The notes beneath the pieces are model-generated. The model was given only the letters and a program-made list of their open reading frames with translations, ran no database searches and was not told where the DNA came from. Positions 18,809-29,150 of a stretch of 64,000 bases of DNA are shown one piece after another. Source of the DNA: an uncultured Acidobacteriota bacterium (lineage in GTDB: Bacteria; Acidobacteriota; UBA6911); NCBI GenBank assembly GCA_963843575.1, contig CAWJKZ010000013.1, positions 320,001 through 384,000 on the forward strand. The letters are read 5' to 3'. The position numbers and the translations under genes were made by a program. Position 1 is the stretch's first letter; each line of letters starts with the position of its first letter.

Positions 18809-19429
18809 ATGAAGCGAGTTCTGGTTGTTGTGTGCCTCGCGGCGCTGCAGGGGTGCGGCCCGGCGCGTCCACCCGAGCGCGCCGCCGCTACCGACCCGCT
18901 GTCGGTGGAACGGCGTGAGAAAGACCGGGCGTTCAAGAGCTCCCCGGATTCGCCCCTCCCGGAACGCGACAAGCCGAGGTTCGGCAGGCTCGCCTATTAC
19001 CCGATCGAACCTCGCCTCAGCTTTCACGTCAGGCTCAACCGATATCCTCGTCCGGAGACGGTGCGGATCGGGACCAATACGGGCGAGATACGCACCGCGT
19101 TGCGCTACGGCTACTTCGAATTCGAGATCGACGGGCGGCCGTGCCGGCTGCAGGCCTATCGGATGGAGGACAGCCCCGAGCCGCGCGGACCGTCTCTCTT
19201 CATCCCGTTCCGCGACGCGACCTCCGGCGTGGATTCCTACGCGGCCGGCCGCTACATCGACCTGCGCGAGAACACTTCGGGGATGTACGACCTGGATTTC
19301 AACCGGGCGTACAACCCCTCGTGCGCGTATAACCCGACCTTCAGCTGCCCGGTGCCGCCGGCGGAAAACACGCTCCTTGTCGCGGTCCGGGCCGGAGAGA
19401 AGAAATACCCTCTCGGGGAGGGGCATTGA
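18809..19429 (+). CDS. DUF1684 family lipoprotein
   Basis: Lipobox LAALQGC; FIPFRDATSG..SY.AGRYI, LDFNRAYNPSCAYN..FSCPVPP.EN.L.V.VRAGEK. Confidence 0.9.
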   Translation: MKRVLVVVCLAALQGCGPARPPERAAATDPLSVERREKDRAFKSSPDSPLPERDKPRFGRLAYYPIEPRLSFHVRLNRYPRPETVRIGTNTGEIRTALRYGYFEFEIDGRPCRLQAYRMEDSPEPRGPSLFIPFRDATSGVDSYAAGRYIDLRENTSGMYDLDFNRAYNPSCAYNPTFSCPVPPAENTLLVAVRAGEKKYPLGEGH

Positions 19430-20685
19430 GCCGACGCGCGACTCTCCTGCTCGTCATCGCTTGCCTTCTGGCGCCGGCCGGATGCGGGCCCCGCGACCGC
19501 GCCCCGGCTCCCGAGGCTTCGTGGTATCCCGAGGAAATTCTATCCCCGGCCGAGCGCCGCGAGGAGGCGTCCGAGAAGCGGGTGCGGCTGACCGCCTTCC
19601 TGCGGCGGGAAAACCTGGGCGGCGTGCTCATCTCGAGCGCGGCTAATTTTGCCTGGATCACCGCGGGCGCCGAACAAGTCGAACCGACCCCGCTGTCGGT
19701 GTTCGTCCGGGAGGACGGCCGCGCCTTCCTGATCGGCGGCGGTGCCGAGGCGGAGCGGGTCGCACGGGAGGAACTCGACGGTTTGGGTTTCGAGGTGCGC
19801 ACGACGCCGTGGGAGCGCTCTAACCCGGCCGAGGTGGGATCGGCCGCGCGCGAGCTTGCGGGGGGGAGGCCCTTCGGCTCCGACGAGCCGTGCTCGGGTC
19901 TGCGGCGCCTCGGGGGCGAACTCGCCGCGCTGCGCGCACCGCTCACCGGCCCTGAAATCCGGAAGTACCGCTGGCTCGGGAAGCGTTGCGCCGAGGTGGT
20001 CGGCGAGAGCTGCCGCCTCCTGGCGCCGGGCATGACCGAGCGCGGGATCGAGGCGCTCCTCTCGGCGGGGCTGATGCGCCACGCCATCCGGCCCGCAGGG
20101 TTGCGGGTTGCGGCCGACGCCCGCGCCCGGGACTACGGCCTCGTACCCCCCTCCGAGAAAGCCCGGTTGGAGCAGTCCGTCCTGCTGGGCGTCTCCGCGC
20201 GTCGCTGGGGGCTCACCGTCAGGATGGCCCGGCAGGTGCGGTTCGCCCCGCTCGATCCGGATACCACGAAGGCGATGGCCGCCGTGTCGCTGGTCAACGC
20301 GGGCTTCTGGGCGCGCACGCTCCCGGGGGCGACCGCTGGAGGCATCCTCGCCGGCGCCATCGAAGACTATGCCCGCGGCGGCGACTCCCGTCCGGCGCAG
20401 TCGGAGCAGGGGGGCGCCGTGGGGTATACGGACTACGACTGGCTCGCCCGGCCTGGCTCCACGGAACCTGTCCGCAGCGGCCAGGCCTATGCGTGGCGCC
20501 CGTCGGCCGGCGCGGTTTCCGTCGAAGACACCATCCTTGTCCTGGGCGACCGGCTGGAGGTGCTCACCGAGATCCGTGGCTGGCCCGTCGTCGAATCCAG
20601 GTCCCTCGACCGCGTCTACCGCACCCCCGCCATCCTCGTCCGGGAGAACCGGGTGGGCCGCGGCGGCCCGCCGCGGCCTCGATGA
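19426..20685 (+). CDS. M24 (Xaa-Pro aminopeptidase-like) fold lipoprotein, possibly catalytically degenerate
   Basis: Lipobox LAPAGC; NFAWITAG, PGMTER.I, QGG.VGY, AW.PS, EDTILV. Confidence 0.75.
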   Translation: MSRRATLLLVIACLLAPAGCGPRDRAPAPEASWYPEEILSPAERREEASEKRVRLTAFLRRENLGGVLISSAANFAWITAGAEQVEPTPLSVFVREDGRAFLIGGGAEAERVAREELDGLGFEVRTTPWERSNPAEVGSAARELAGGRPFGSDEPCSGLRRLGGELAALRAPLTGPEIRKYRWLGKRCAEVVGESCRLLAPGMTERGIEALLSAGLMRHAIRPAGLRVAADARARDYGLVPPSEKARLEQSVLLGVSARRWGLTVRMARQVRFAPLDPDTTKAMAAVSLVNAGFWARTLPGATAGGILAGAIEDYARGGDSRPAQSEQGGAVGYTDYDWLARPGSTEPVRSGQAYAWRPSAGAVSVEDTILVLGDRLEVLTEIRGWPVVESRSLDRVYRTPAILVRENRVGRGGPPRPR

Positions 20686-20728
20686 GCGCCACCCGGGAGT
20701 TGGGCCGCGTCGAGCCGCCGCGGCCCAC
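20653..20728. repeat. REP doublet, family A'
   Basis: gtgggccgcggcggcccgccgcggcc ... gggccgcgtcgagccgccgcggcccac inverted pair, overlapping the M24 gene stop. Confidence 0.8.
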
Positions 20729-20820
20729 TTGGGCCCGCAGTATTTGCTTTTTTTACCAGCCCGACGGGCGGCGATGGTGATAGAAGATAGCGACTGTTTC
20801 CCAATCCACGAGGAGAGGCC

Positions 20821-22420
<1,600 letters not shown>

Positions 22421-22453
22421 AAGCCGGGAACGAACCTGGGAAGAAGGGACTTT

Positions 22454-22651
22454 ATGGGGCTGGACGTCAAATTGCCGATCGGGCTGCTGTTCACCATCTT
22501 CGGGGCGCTGCTCGTGATCTACGGGTTCACGAGCGACCCGGCGATCTACGCGAAATCCCTCGGGATGAACATCAATCTGATGTGGGGCGCCCTCATGCTG
22601 GTTTTCGGCCTGACGATGCTGGCCATCAGCGACAAGAAGATCAAGAGCTGA
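22454..22651 (+). CDS. Small two-TM membrane protein downstream of the SSS transporter
   Basis: 65 aa MGLDVKLPIGLLF...NINLMWGALMLVFG; AAGGGA SD. Confidence 0.8.
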   Translation: MGLDVKLPIGLLFTIFGALLVIYGFTSDPAIYAKSLGMNINLMWGALMLVFGLTMLAISDKKIKS

Positions 22652-22657
22652 CCTATT

Positions 22658-22748
22658 CTTCAGGACGCGGATTTGCGCGGATCCACACGGATCGCCTGCG
22701 ACAGGCCGCGTCCGGCTTTCCGACGTGGATCCGTTGAATCCGCGTCCT
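22658..22748. repeat. Family C repeat hairpin between convergent genes
   Basis: aggacgcggatt...aatccgcgtcct inverted ends with CGCGGAT/CACGGAT units. Confidence 0.75.
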
Positions 22749-22750
22749 CT

Positions 22751-23296
22751 TCACTTCAGCGCGCCGCAGGACGAAAGGGCTCCCCCGACGTTGATCGCGC
22801 TGTTGCCGAGCTCGATGCTGCGAATCTTCCCGCTTTTGTCGACCACGAAGGTGGCGCGGTTGGCGACCCCCGCCTCCTCGTTGAGCACGCCGTACGCGCG
22901 CGAGACGTCCCGCTTGAAGTCGCTCAGGAGCGGGAACTCGACGCCGTTCTGCTTGGCGAATTCTTTCTGCGAGGCAAATGAATCCACGCTGATCCCCAGG
23001 ACCTGGGTGTCGGATTGCCGGAACTTATCCATCGCGTCCCGGTAACCCTGCACTTCGCGCGTTCAGCCGCCGGTGAACGCCAGGACGTAGAAGGCCAGCA
23101 CGACGTTCTGCTTGCCGCGGAATTCCGAAAGGGTGACCTTGTTCCGGTTCTGATCGAGCAGGGTGAAGTCCGGGGCCAGGTCCCCGACCTTCACGGTGCT
23201 GGTGCGGTCGGGCGCAGGCTGCTGCTGCGCCACCGCGAGGACGCTCGACGCCAGCACCCACGCCAGCGCCGTTGCCAATAAGAGTTTGCGTTTCAT
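22751..23296 (-). CDS. Secreted peroxiredoxin (AhpC/TSA, AhpE/BCP-like) selenoprotein; UGA at 23065-23063 read as Sec
   Basis: ORFs 23063-23296 and 22751-23053 are in the same frame separated only by TGA: KVGDLAPDFTL...VVLAFYVLAFTGG-U-TREVQ...VLGISVDS...FPLLSDF...RATFVVD. The TGA sits at the peroxidatic Cys position. Confidence 0.88.
23012..23048 (-). promoter_or_regulatory. Candidate bacterial SECIS hairpin
   Basis: Starts 14 nt 3' of the UGA: GGGUUACCGGGAC-(GCGAUGGAUAA)-GUUCCGGCAAUCC, 12 of 13 positions paired, loop starting with G. Confidence 0.65.
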
Positions 23297-23458
23297 CGTT
23301 CGGCTCCTTCAGGCAGGTTCAGTTCTGAAATCTAGCGGTCGGGCACCGCGCAGTCAATAGCGCGCCTTCCGAGTGTACTGTTGTACGCAGGCTGCCAGTG
23401 TGATAGATAAGCGCTATTCACGTCAGCAAAGTCTTTCTCACAAACCCGAGGGGTGAAC

Positions 23459-23947
23459 ATGGCTCCGCTGTCTCCCGAGTTGAAGGAACTCTTCGGCCGC
23501 ACCAAGCTCGTCGTGCTGCCGGAAGACTATTACCTCATCCACCTGCCGGTCGACGCCAAGCCGATCCCCGGAGAGTGGTATCGCCCCGCCACGACCCGGT
23601 TTGCCGTCTTCATCAGGGAGCCTGATGAAATCACCCTCATCGTCGCCCGCAGGAAGTGGCTGCGGATGCAGAACCTCTTCGACAAATACGAGGTTCTGGG
23701 GCCGATGAAAGTGATGACATTCGATATCAAACTCTCCCTCGTGGTTTTCGGGTACGTCGCCGCCATCAGCCGGGTCCTCGCCGAGGACAAGATCAGCGTC
23801 GTGCCGATCTCGGCGTTTCACCGCGACCACATCCTGGTTCAGAAGCACGACCTGCCGCGCTCGGTCCGCCTGCTGCGCCATTTTCTCCAGGGCTGCAGGA
23901 AGCCCAAAGACGGAAGCCGGAAGCCGGAAGCCCGAAGCCGTGGGTAA
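23459..23947 (+). CDS. ACT-domain-containing protein (CASTOR/ACT_7-like)
   Basis: EPDEITLIV and GYVAAISRVLAEDKISVVPISAFHRDHILV. The last ~15 aa derive from heptamer repeats. Confidence 0.82.
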   Translation: MAPLSPELKELFGRTKLVVLPEDYYLIHLPVDAKPIPGEWYRPATTRFAVFIREPDEITLIVARRKWLRMQNLFDKYEVLGPMKVMTFDIKLSLVVFGYVAAISRVLAEDKISVVPISAFHRDHILVQKHDLPRSVRLLRHFLQGCRKPKDGSRKPEARSRG

Positions 23948-24180
23948 CGGCAACGCCGGTCGGGGGCAGGGCCACGGCCGGCGACCTGACCGGGCAGGAG
24001 CCAGTACCGGAAAGCCGGAAGCCCAAGCGGAAGCCCTAAGCCGGAAGCCGTGAGTAACGGCAGCGGCAGATTGGGGGCACGGCTGCCGACTTGACCGGAC
24101 ATGCGGCGCTGCCGGGAATACAGCAAGCCGGAAGGGGGAAGCTCCGCCTGGCTTCCGGCTTCTGTCTCTTGGTTTCCGGC
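23911..24180. repeat. Family D GGAAGCC heptamer arrays within a degenerate ~110-bp tandem duplication
   Basis: gaagccgtg(g/a)gtaacggca at 23934 and 24044, each preceded by heptamer runs; inverted ggcttcc units at 24150-24180. Confidence 0.8.
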
Positions 24181-25367
24181 TACTGTCTTTCAAAGATGCC
24201 GGCGGCACCCATGCCGCCGCCGATGCACATCGTGACCATTCCGTACCGGGCGCCGCGGCGCGCCATCTCGCGCAGCAGGCTCGCCGTGAGTTTTGCGCCG
24301 GTGCAGCCCAGCGGGTGCCCGAGGGCGACGGCTCCGCCGTTGACGTTCACCTTGTCCGGGTCCAGTCCCGCCTCCCGGATGACGGCCAGCGCCTGCACCG
24401 CGAACGCCTCGTTCAGCTCGATGAGGTCGATGTCCTGCAGCTTGAGGCCGGCGAGCTTCAGCGCTTTGGGGATAGCGACGGCCGGGCCGATGCCCATGAT
24501 TTCCGGGGGTACCCCTCCGGTTGCGAACGCCACGAAACGTCCAAGGGGCGCCACTCCCAGGGCGCGGGCCCTGTCGGCGGACATCACCACGCAGGCGGCG
24601 GCGCCGTCCGAGGTCTGGGACGAGTTGCCCGCCGTCACCGTGCCGCGGGCGTGGAAGGCGGGTTTGAGCCGCGACAGCGCCTCCAGCGAGGTGTCGGCCC
24701 TGGGTCCCTCGTCGACCGAGAAGGCAATCTCGCGGATCTCCGGTCCCGCCCCGCCGCCGTTCCGCCCGGCCTCGACCGGCACGCTCAACGGTACAATCTC
24801 GTCCTCGAACTTCCCGTCCCGAATGGCCGCCACCGCCTTCTGGTGGCTGAGCAGGGCGAAACGGTCGGACTCCTCCCTGGAGATGCCATACTGGCGCGCC
24901 AGGTTTTCAGCCGTCAGCCCCATGGACAAATAGGTGTCCGGGGCGTGTTCGACGAGGTAGGGGTTGGGGGCGAGCCGGTGGCCGGAGATCCCGATCATGC
25001 TCATGCTCTCGGTACCGCCGGCGACGATGGTCCGGGCGAACCCGGCCAGGATCCGCTCCGCCGCAATCGCGATCGACTGCAGCCCGGACGAGCAGAACCG
25101 ATTGACCGTCACCGCGCTCGTCGTCGCCGGCAGCCCGGCCCGCAACGCGGCGATGCGCGCGACATTCATCCCCTGCTCCCCCTCGGGCATGGCGCACCCG
25201 AGGACCACGTCCTCGATCTCTTCGTCGGCAAGCCCGGGTACGCGCCGGATGCTTTCCCGGATCGCCGCGGCCGCCATGTCGTCCGGACGCATGTTGCGCA
25301 GCGTCCCCCGGGGCGCCTTCCCCACGGCGGTCCGCACCGCGCTGACGATGACTGCTTCGGCCATCAC
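24180..25367 (-). CDS. fadA: Acetyl-CoA C-acyltransferase (thiolase)
   Basis: VNRFCSSGLQ, NEAFA, GHPLGCTG, MCIGGGMG. Confidence 0.96.
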   Translation of the reverse strand: MMAEAVIVSAVRTAVGKAPRGTLRNMRPDDMAAAAIRESIRRVPGLADEEIEDVVLGCAMPEGEQGMNVARIAALRAGLPATTSAVTVNRFCSSGLQSIAIAAERILAGFARTIVAGGTESMSMIGISGHRLAPNPYLVEHAPDTYLSMGLTAENLARQYGISREESDRFALLSHQKAVAAIRDGKFEDEIVPLSVPVEAGRNGGGAGPEIREIAFSVDEGPRADTSLEALSRLKPAFHARGTVTAGNSSQTSDGAAACVVMSADRARALGVAPLGRFVAFATGGVPPEIMGIGPAVAIPKALKLAGLKLQDIDLIELNEAFAVQALAVIREAGLDPDKVNVNGGAVALGHPLGCTGAKLTASLLREMARRGARYGMVTMCIGGGMGAAGIFERQ

Positions 25368-25379
25368 AACCTCCCGTGC

Positions 25380-27749
25380 TCAATTCCTCAGGGGCTTTCC
25401 CGTCTTGAGCATGTGTTCGATGCGCTGCTGGGTTTCCGGCCTGCCGCAGAGCGACAGGAACGCCTCCCGCTCCAGGTCGAGCAGGTGCTGTTCCGTGACG
25501 TGGTGGACGTTCAGGAACGCGCCCCCGGTCAGGACGCGCGCCAGTTGCGTGCCGATGACGGCGTCGTACTCCGAGATGTAGCCCGCCCTGAGCATCAGGT
25601 GGATCCCGAGCTTGAGCGTCGCCAGCCCCGGCTGGCCGAGCACCGCGATACCCGGCGGGGGGACCGGGGGCCGGTAACCCTCGCGCACCAGCGCCAGGAC
25701 GTCCTCTTTGGCCGCCACGACACGCGCGGCCGGGTTCATGCTGTAGTGATCGCTCTCGCGCAACAGGCCGAGTTCCCGGGCGTGCGGCGCCGAAGTCGAC
25801 ACCTTGGCGAGGGCGATCAGTTCGAAGGCGTTGCGTATCCTCGGCCCCATTTCGGCATCCGAGGCCGAAACCGCATCGCGGACGGCTCGCAACACCATTT
25901 CCTTGCACCCCCCGGCCGCCGGGATCAGCCCGACCCCGGTCTCGACCAGGCCCATGTAGAGCTCCGCCGACGCGTGAACCCGGTCCGCGTGAAGCGACAT
26001 TTCGCAGGCGCCGCCGAGGGTCAGGTTGTGGGGCGCCGCCACCACGGGCCGGTCCGAGTAGCGCAGCCGCATGTTCACGTCCTGGAACTCGAGCACCATC
26101 TTTTCAATCGTCTCCCACCGCGCGCTCCTGGCCGCCACCAGCAGTTCGTACAGGTTCGCGCCCGCCGAGAAGTGCTCCCCCTCGTTTGCGATGACGAGCC
26201 CGACGAAATTGCGGCTCACCTCGTCCAGGGACTCCTGCAGCAGGCGGAGCACATTTGCGTCGACGGTGTTCATCTTGGTGCGGAACTCGAGGCAGGCGAC
26301 CCCGTCCTGCAGATCCACCAGTGCAGCGGCGGGGTTCTGGAGAACCGCCTTTTTCCGGGCCCGCGCGGACGCAAGGATCGTCCAGCCCGGCGTCCCGTCG
26401 GTTTCGACGTGGGACCCGGACCGGGACTGAAACACGTAGCTCCGTCCGCTCCTCCTGCGGTAGAAGGCCGTTTTTCCCACCCCGAGCAGCGCTTCGACCA
26501 GCGGCGGGACCTTCCTTCCCTCGCGCTCCAGACGGGCCGCCGTCGATTTCACGCCGAGCGCGTCCCAGGTCTCGAACGGTCCGAGCCGGTGCAGGAACCC
26601 CCACTTCATCGCATTGTCGACGCTCGCGAGGTCGTCGGCGATTTCGGACGCGGTCGCGGCCGCATAGCAGAGCGTCGAGCCCAGGACCTTCCAGAGAAAC
26701 TGCCCGGCCGGGCCCCGGGCCGACACCAGCGCGCGAAGCCGCTCGGCGGTGTCCTCCACCCGCGAGGCCTTCGCGAGCTCGGGAAACACCGGCTTTTGGA
26801 GAGGACGATACTCGAGCTTGCCGAAGTCGAGGTACAGGATCTCCCCGGACGCCGTCCGCTTGTAGAAACCCTGGCGCGCTTTTTCCCCCAGCCAGCCGTT
26901 CCGCAGCATCGTGTCCACGAACTCCGGCATCCTGAACAAGTCGCGCTGAGGGTCGCACGGCAGCGCCTCGTACAGGTTGCGCGCCACGAGCGCGAACGTG
27001 TCCAGGCCGACGACGTCAATCGTGCGGAACGTGGCGCTCTTGGGCCGACCGATCAGCGGGCCGGTCAACGCGTCCGCTTCCTCGACCGTGAACCCCTCCT
27101 CCAGCGTGGCGTGCAGCACCCTGCACGCGTCGTAGATGCCGATCCGGTTGGCGATGAAGTTCGGCGTGTCCTTGCACCGGACGACGCCCTTGCCCAGCGA
27201 TTCCTGCCCGAAGCGGGTCATGAAGGCCACGAGCGCGGGGTCGGTGTCCGGGGTGGGAATCAGCTCCAGGAGCCGCAGGTAGCGCGGCGGGTTGAAGAAG
27301 TGGGTGCCCAGGAAATTCCGCCGGAAGTCGTCCGGGAAGCCCTCGGCGATGCGGCAGATCTGGAGCCCGGAGGTGTTGGTGCTGACGATCGTGCCCGGCT
27401 TGCGCAGGCGCACGACCTGCTCGAGCAGGCCCCGCTTCACCTCAAGGCGCTCGGTTACCGCCTCGAGCACCCAGTCGGCCTCCCGGATCCAGGGGAGGTT
27501 GTCGGGAAAGTTCCCGGTACGCACCAGCCCGCCGAGTTCCGGGCTGAACAGGGCCGGGGGCTTCGAGTGGAGCGCCGCGTTCCAACCGGCCAGCACTATC
27601 CGGTTGCGCGCTTCCGGCGGGTCCGGCTCGGCGGGGGCGATGTCGAGCAGAAAGCTGGGTATCCCGGCATTGGCCAGGTGAGCGGCGATCCTGCTGCCCA
27701 TCGTCCCGGCCCCGAGCACGGCTGCCCGGCGGATCCTGAAGTCGCCCAT
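25380..27749 (-). CDS. fadN: 3-hydroxyacyl-CoA dehydrogenase / enoyl-CoA hydratase (FadN type)
   Basis: VLGAGTMGS, STNTSG, HFFNPPRY, KDTPNFIANRIG, then crotonase domain FSAGANL...LGGACE; ends HMLKTGKPLRN. Confidence 0.93.
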   Translation of the reverse strand: MGDFRIRRAAVLGAGTMGSRIAAHLANAGIPSFLLDIAPAEPDPPEARNRIVLAGWNAALHSKPPALFSPELGGLVRTGNFPDNLPWIREADWVLEAVTERLEVKRGLLEQVVRLRKPGTIVSTNTSGLQICRIAEGFPDDFRRNFLGTHFFNPPRYLRLLELIPTPDTDPALVAFMTRFGQESLGKGVVRCKDTPNFIANRIGIYDACRVLHATLEEGFTVEEADALTGPLIGRPKSATFRTIDVVGLDTFALVARNLYEALPCDPQRDLFRMPEFVDTMLRNGWLGEKARQGFYKRTASGEILYLDFGKLEYRPLQKPVFPELAKASRVEDTAERLRALVSARGPAGQFLWKVLGSTLCYAAATASEIADDLASVDNAMKWGFLHRLGPFETWDALGVKSTAARLEREGRKVPPLVEALLGVGKTAFYRRRSGRSYVFQSRSGSHVETDGTPGWTILASARARKKAVLQNPAAALVDLQDGVACLEFRTKMNTVDANVLRLLQESLDEVSRNFVGLVIANEGEHFSAGANLYELLVAARSARWETIEKMVLEFQDVNMRLRYSDRPVVAAPHNLTLGGACEMSLHADRVHASAELYMGLVETGVGLIPAAGGCKEMVLRAVRDAVSASDAEMGPRIRNAFELIALAKVSTSAPHARELGLLRESDHYSMNPAARVVAAKEDVLALVREGYRPPVPPPGIAVLGQPGLATLKLGIHLMLRAGYISEYDAVIGTQLARVLTGGAFLNVHHVTEQHLLDLEREAFLSLCGRPETQQRIEHMLKTGKPLRN

Positions 27750-27835
27750 GAACGCGCCTCCGCTTTGTGTGATTTGATGCCAGGGGAGAGGGAACCTGAT
27801 TCGGAGTGTACACCACCCCGCCGGCCTCCGCAATT

Positions 27836-27922
27836 TGGAGTGCGGCGCCTCGGCGCCACGCCGAATGGCGAGATGCGATCCTGCGACCTCGGCCTTTGGC
27901 GGCGTCGAGCCGCCGCACTCCA
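27836..27922. repeat. REPIN-like element, family A
   Basis: tggagtgcggcgcctcggcgcc...ggcggcgtcgagccgccgcactcca. Confidence 0.88.
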
Positions 27923-27947
27923 CTGTCGTAAAACAGCGCAAGTGCCG

Positions 27948-28730
27948 CTACTTCCAGCGCTGGAGGAAATCGGCGAGGAAATTGTCGGGGCCGGCATTGG
28001 AGGCGCGCTGCTCGAGATCTTCGCGCGCGGCGCTGACGGCGGCGTCGTACGCGACCGTGTCGAGCTTGCCGCGCAAAAGCTCGACCCTGAGAAGCAGAAG
28101 GAATGTCTGGATGACATCGGTCGTGCAGTACTGGTTGATCTCCTTGAGCCGGTTTTGCCGGTAGAGGTACTCGACGTCTTCGCCCGCGATCGTGTATTTG
28201 CCGGGGAGGCCGATCAGCTTCGCGATGACGTCGAGCGAACCGCGGCGGTGGACGGCGCCGTAGTTCGACAGGAAATCGCAGACGTCGTAGTGAAACTGGT
28301 TGCCGTAGCGGCTGCCACGGTACGTGGCTCCCTGCGCCGTCCCGAAATACCTGGGGAGCGACATGCGGTATTTCATCGCCCTGGACTCGAGCACCGGAAG
28401 GTCGAAACCGCGCCCGTTGAAGGTGACGAGCGTCTGGGTGCTCTCGAACAGCTGCCAGAAACGGCAGATCAGTTCCGGTTCGGTGTACCGGTCGATCCCG
28501 GAACACGTGAGGGAACGTATGCGGTAGTTCTCGTCGGCCTGCAGCGCCGCGATCGCGATCGGGATGTGGTACGGGATCGGGAAAAAATCGCTCTGCTGGG
28601 TTTCCTGCAGCCTGGTCCGCGCCGCGTCGTACGCCTGCTCGAGCGTCAGGGTGTCCTCGGGATCGTAGATCTGCTTGACCAGTTCCTTGTCCACCCTGGT
28701 TTCGATATCGAATACGAGATAGTGCGCCAT
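27948..28730 (-). CDS. Stand-alone DEDD 3'-5' exonuclease (PolB exonuclease-like)
   Basis: VFDIET (ExoI), TFNGRGFDLPVL (ExoII), YCTTDV (ExoIII). Confidence 0.88.
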   Translation of the reverse strand: MAHYLVFDIETRVDKELVKQIYDPEDTLTLEQAYDAARTRLQETQQSDFFPIPYHIPIAIAALQADENYRIRSLTCSGIDRYTEPELICRFWQLFESTQTLVTFNGRGFDLPVLESRAMKYRMSLPRYFGTAQGATYRGSRYGNQFHYDVCDFLSNYGAVHRRGSLDVIAKLIGLPGKYTIAGEDVEYLYRQNRLKEINQYCTTDVIQTFLLLLRVELLRGKLDTVAYDAAVSAAREDLEQRASNAGPDNFLADFLQRWK

Positions 28731-28752
28731 AGAGCTTCGATTCTAGCACGAA

Positions 28753-28860
28753 GTGGGCGGGGTCGGCTCGACCCCGCCGCATGAGCTGCAATCTGCAGGA
28801 TAATCTTGAGATCCAGGAGTCGAGCGAGATCCCGGGCCGCGTCGGGCCGGCGCGGCCCAC
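28753..28860. repeat. REP doublet, family A'
   Basis: gtgggcggggtcggctcgaccccgcc ... gggccgcgtcgggccggcgcggcccac. Confidence 0.75.
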
Positions 28861-28871
28861 ATGCCCGTTTT

Positions 28872-28919
28872 ATCCCACATATAGTGGTACCGAGGCACTC
28901 GGGGTACAATATATGGGTG
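28872..28919. promoter_or_regulatory. Tandem NrdR boxes
   Basis: ATCCCACATATAGTGG (28872) and GTACAATATATGGGTG (28904) match acaCwAtATaTwGtgt, 32 bp apart, upstream of an RNR gene. Confidence 0.85.
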
Positions 28920-29150
28920 AGTTTTCGGTTGACACCTTTTTGTGGGTCGTGTAAAACCGACCGGCATTGAGGTTCTTTCGCAAACGAGAGACGATCGGAA
29001 TGAGTTCCTGCCCGGCCCCCCTTCGGACGGACCTGGGGATCTCTCTCAGTGCTTGCCGCCGAGTCAAAGACCCGAACCTGAGCGACGAGGCCACGGGTGC
29101 GGCTGGAGTCGCAGGGGAAGGTGTCCGGGAGAATCAAGGAGGGGTTGTCG

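Noticed and set aside
23911-24180. CRISPR array
   Set aside because: Units are degenerate heptamers and a two-copy duplication, without constant repeats, unique equal-length spacers or cas genes. The same applies to the REP clusters.
28930-29150. Cobalamin riboswitch upstream of nrdJ
   Set aside because: No B12-box or GGGAA...CCCGCaACTGT core visible by eye; kept only as an unassigned structured leader.
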